A DNA stretch of 49,569 nt, from NCBI GenBank assembly GCA_002633005.1, contig NMRA01000387.1, positions 120,741 through 170,309 of the forward strand, written 5' to 3'. Positions 47,701 through 49,569 of the stretch are shown piece by piece (the first letter of the stretch is position 1; each line of letters starts with the position of its first letter). The DNA comes from Phoronis australis. Taxonomy: Eukaryota; Animalia; Phoronida. The notes beneath the pieces were generated by a model. It did no database searches. It worked only from the letters and a program-made list of their open reading frames with translations, and had not been told where the DNA came from. The position numbers and the translations under genes were made by a program.

Positions 47701-49569
47701 AATCAGACCGCATGAGGTGAATAGACATTTGTAAGTTCACTCGAAGGGTGCTTTGGAATTTGTCAATTTTGTGTCGAGTTTTGAGTGCTGAGATTAGACC
47801 CCAGGCACTGATAAGTGATCTGGTTGCATGGTAAAACCTCACCGTCCGCTATCATTGTCAAGGACTTCTAATATTGGTGTGTGTGTGTGTAGTTAAAGTA
47901 CTGAAAATGAACATGGGAAATTGTCAAAGTAGTGCTGCATAACTACGTTAATAAAAACAACAACGGATTTAAACCGGCTTGTCATACCGCGTACCTTCTG
48001 TGAAGACAAGGAAATGAAATTTCCTTTTTATCCACATTGTGTCCTAAACTGATCAGTAGTTTGTATTTATGGTGCGCAAAATGGACTCTAATGCCTATCT
48101 TTCCCTTAACGCATGGTTGATGTTGTCTTTCCTATGTTTTCCCAGCTGTCGACAGCGACACAGACTCTCATGGTACGCATCTTCATTATCGTAACTTCTA
48201 TAATAATTTCTTTTGTTTAAATAACTGATACCATGTGATGTGTGATAAACATTCTTCATTTGACAAACAATGTGGCAAGTAAATGGAACCTAGCTGTTAA
48301 AAAATTTGGCAGCAAGTAAAAATTAAGAATTTGTAACACTGTCTTCAAAGATATTGTTTAAAAGTGAAGAATGTTGCCATATATCAAGTCATTCACTTGA
48401 GACCATTGTTCATCTTGTCAACCATTGACCATTCTACGGTTTTTCAAGCACTGTAAGCACTTACCTAAGTTTTGATGAACCAAAATTATCACTACAGTAA
48501 CCCACACCAAAAGTAATCTGAAAAATTACCCAGAATTCTCTTTTATTGTGACAGCTGAGTATTAAGTGAAATTCAGTGTCAGTTGAGAGTAGCTGATTCT
48601 GAATAGTCGTTACCCAGGAAACAGGGTTCTGTCTGATTATTTTTGGTGTGTGCTTACGTTTTTACATTTTCTGGGACTTTCCATTCTTTCCTTCTGCACC
48701 CTCCATACAACATGTGCTGTCACTTCGCAAATGCTTACTGCATAAAGGTTCTTTGTACTAAAAAATTGCCATTTTTTGTCACGAAAATGAAGACAAAGCA
48801 CTGGCTATTGTCCGTATATAAATTTGTTGGAGTTGAGGCAGACTATGATTGATGGCGTCATATTTGGGCTCCCCCTTGTTTCTAGACTGTGGACAACTTT
48901 GTCATCAGTTCACTGTTTCACCATCTTGCTGGCACACAGCACGAAACTGACAAAAAAGAGAGTGAAGGCGATCTGATGCCTTTCGTGATGTGTCAGACGT
49001 GTGCTAGCCACTTTGTTGCATGAGTTTGACAGTGCATAGTAGGTGAATATTCAATGAGGGAAATGTGGTTAAAGCAATTAGCATGATTCAAAAAGTGTCA
49101 TAAATAACTTTTGATTTGAATTGCTGGCTTGCTTATTGTTATTTAATTGATATCAAATTAATCCTTACCTAGATTAGAACTGATGTCTGGGGACTGTGAT
49201 CTGGGGACTGATTTCTGGACTTTGGGTGAATAGATGGTTGTTATTGCTTGGGATCTGATACAGTGATCTGATGTCCCTTCTAATTTGTGTAATGGGCAAG
49301 TTGGTTAATTTAAGTTTTTTGTTTAAGTAAATGAGCTTAGTAGCTTAAACTTTGTAATCAGATTAAGTGTGACATGTGGGCTCAATTAAGTGCAGAAATA
49401 CTGTTAAGATTAAGGAGGGCTGTGAAACAATGAACTGGTGAAAAAAAATCACTAACAATTTAATGTTTCCTGTAATTTCCAAGTAAAAAGTAATCCATGT
49501 TAATTTTGGAGACTTTGTCCTGGGGTTGCTGTTCACTCTAATTCTTTATCCATCGTACCCTGCAGTGTG
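26448..49569 (+). CDS. MAPK8IP3: JNK-interacting protein 3/4 (sunday driver/UNC-16 orthologue), 5' portion of a spliced gene, truncated by the window end
   Basis: RH1/Jnk-SapK_ap_N N-terminus [38 protein letters not shown] and [21 protein letters not shown]; following coiled-coil exons; [18 protein letters not shown] segment. Invertebrates have one gene co-orthologous to MAPK8IP3 and SPAG9. Confidence 0.93.
26932..27045. repeat. 45-bp tandem repeat x~2.5
   Basis: gt(c/t)cctga...gagaac.agctc.gct.atagtca.atttagtg at 26932, 26977 and 27022. Confidence 0.85.
32005..33592 (-). mobile_element. Non-autonomous Kolobok-like DNA transposon (1588 bp) in JIP3/4 intron 1
   Basis: TTAA at 32001-32004 and 33593-33596 flanks the TIRs AGGAGAATGCC.../...GGCATTCTCCT; contains a THAP remnant. 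Confidence 0.85.
33130..33459 (-). pseudogene. Decayed THAP zinc-finger domain from a transposase N-terminus
   Basis: C-IVLT-C...FFRFP...W...VCGRHF C2CH pattern; the AVPTIF-box equivalent appears frameshifted (RLTKE / xIHTF); no DDE domain follows. Confidence 0.8.
34268..34388 (+). CDS. MAPK8IP3: JIP3/4 exon 2 ([40 protein letters not shown])
   Basis: tttcag / gtaagt, ELKAKN..D motif. Confidence 0.93.
38654..38724 (+). CDS. MAPK8IP3: JIP3/4 exon 3 ([24 protein letters not shown])
   Basis: ttacag / gtgagc, RLEE.E...KKEYN.LH.R.TE motif. Confidence 0.93.
39412..39500 (+). CDS. MAPK8IP3: JIP3/4 exon 4 ([17 protein letters not shown]...TPRQ)
   Basis: ttgcag / gtacgt, [10 protein letters not shown] motif. 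Confidence 0.92.
41257..41466 (+). CDS. MAPK8IP3: JIP3/4 exon 5 ([14 protein letters not shown]...PRRDAN), S/T-P rich linker
   Basis: Long pyrimidine tract ending ttttag, donor gtaatt, phase 2-2. Confidence 0.8.
42277..42402. repeat. Degenerate (AAT/AGT)n microsatellite
   Basis: Runs of taataataa / tagtaatag. Confidence 0.85.
42575..42639 (+). CDS. MAPK8IP3: JIP3/4 putative exon 6 ([21 protein letters not shown])
   Basis: aag acceptor after a pyrimidine tract, gtaagt donor; phase 2-1 supplies the needed phase change. Confidence 0.65.
43257..43637 (+). CDS. MAPK8IP3: JIP3/4 putative exon 7, 381 nt, Thr/Ser/acidic-rich, possibly a cassette
   Basis: Branch-like tgactaac upstream, tattag acceptor, G|gtattg donor, phase 1-1, inside the 177-aa ORF. 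Confidence 0.6.
44695..44746 (+). CDS. MAPK8IP3: JIP3/4 putative exon 8 ([16 protein letters not shown])
   Basis: ttgcag / gtttgt, phase 1-2. Confidence 0.7.
44798..44990. mobile_element. MITE (family A), shorter copy in the opposite orientation
   Basis: ggggtgtgtttcatgaaa ... tttgtgaaacagatcc; interior matches the reverse complement of 2700-2837. Confidence 0.7.
45002..45073. repeat. 36-bp tandem duplication
   Basis: gtctatccagaaaYgtctttggatattRaacat occurs twice. Confidence 0.85.
45732..45823 (+). CDS. MAPK8IP3: JIP3/4 exon 9 ([30 protein letters not shown])
   Basis: tttcag / gtactg; resembles the conserved SL..EL....IGDVDEGAD motif before leucine zipper II. Confidence 0.88.
46435..46467 (+). 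CDS. MAPK8IP3: JIP3/4 putative 33-nt microexon ([11 protein letters not shown])
   Basis: ctaac branch-like site, ttacag / gtaatg, phase 1-1; resembles the arthropod syd segment I recall as GSWVHPGEYASS. Confidence 0.65.
47644..47805. mobile_element. Small MITE, ~160 bp
   Basis: ggtctaatctc...agactc pairs with gagttt...gagattagacc. Confidence 0.6.
48146..48172 (+). CDS. MAPK8IP3: JIP3/4 putative 27-nt microexon (VDSDTDSH)
   Basis: Pyrimidine tract ending cccag, donor G|gtacgc, phase 1-1. Confidence 0.6.

Noticed and set aside
1137-48852. Remaining 60-130 aa ORFs in the track
   Set aside because: No recognisable domains; intronic or antisense to real exons, as expected by chance

Overview
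AT-rich, intron-rich animal genomic DNA, probably a marine invertebrate; the species cannot be fixed from the sequence. Two genes sit head-to-head with ATGs about 217 bp apart. On the minus strand is a complete 19-exon gene (26230->1927, 674 aa by my splice reconstruction) for an AtuA/DUF1446 'acyclic terpene utilisation' family protein with a likely mitochondrial presequence. On the plus strand is the 5' part of the JIP3/JIP4 (MAPK8IP3/SPAG9, sunday driver/UNC-16) JNK-kinesin scaffold gene, from 26448 off the window end. It includes a cluster of frame-preserving microexons surrounded by many TGCATG (Rbfox) motifs. The introns carry a Kolobok-like element with a decayed THAP domain, a hAT-like element with long TIRs, several MITEs, minisatellites, and an alternating-orientation array of ~270-300 bp units with Helitron-like 3' ends. 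A 438-bp-offset duplication of one AtuA exon straddles the single N I saw and is probably an assembly artefact. All exon models were read by eye from GT/AG sites, phase continuity and recalled family motifs; no searches were run. I found no convincing evidence for a wholly new system.
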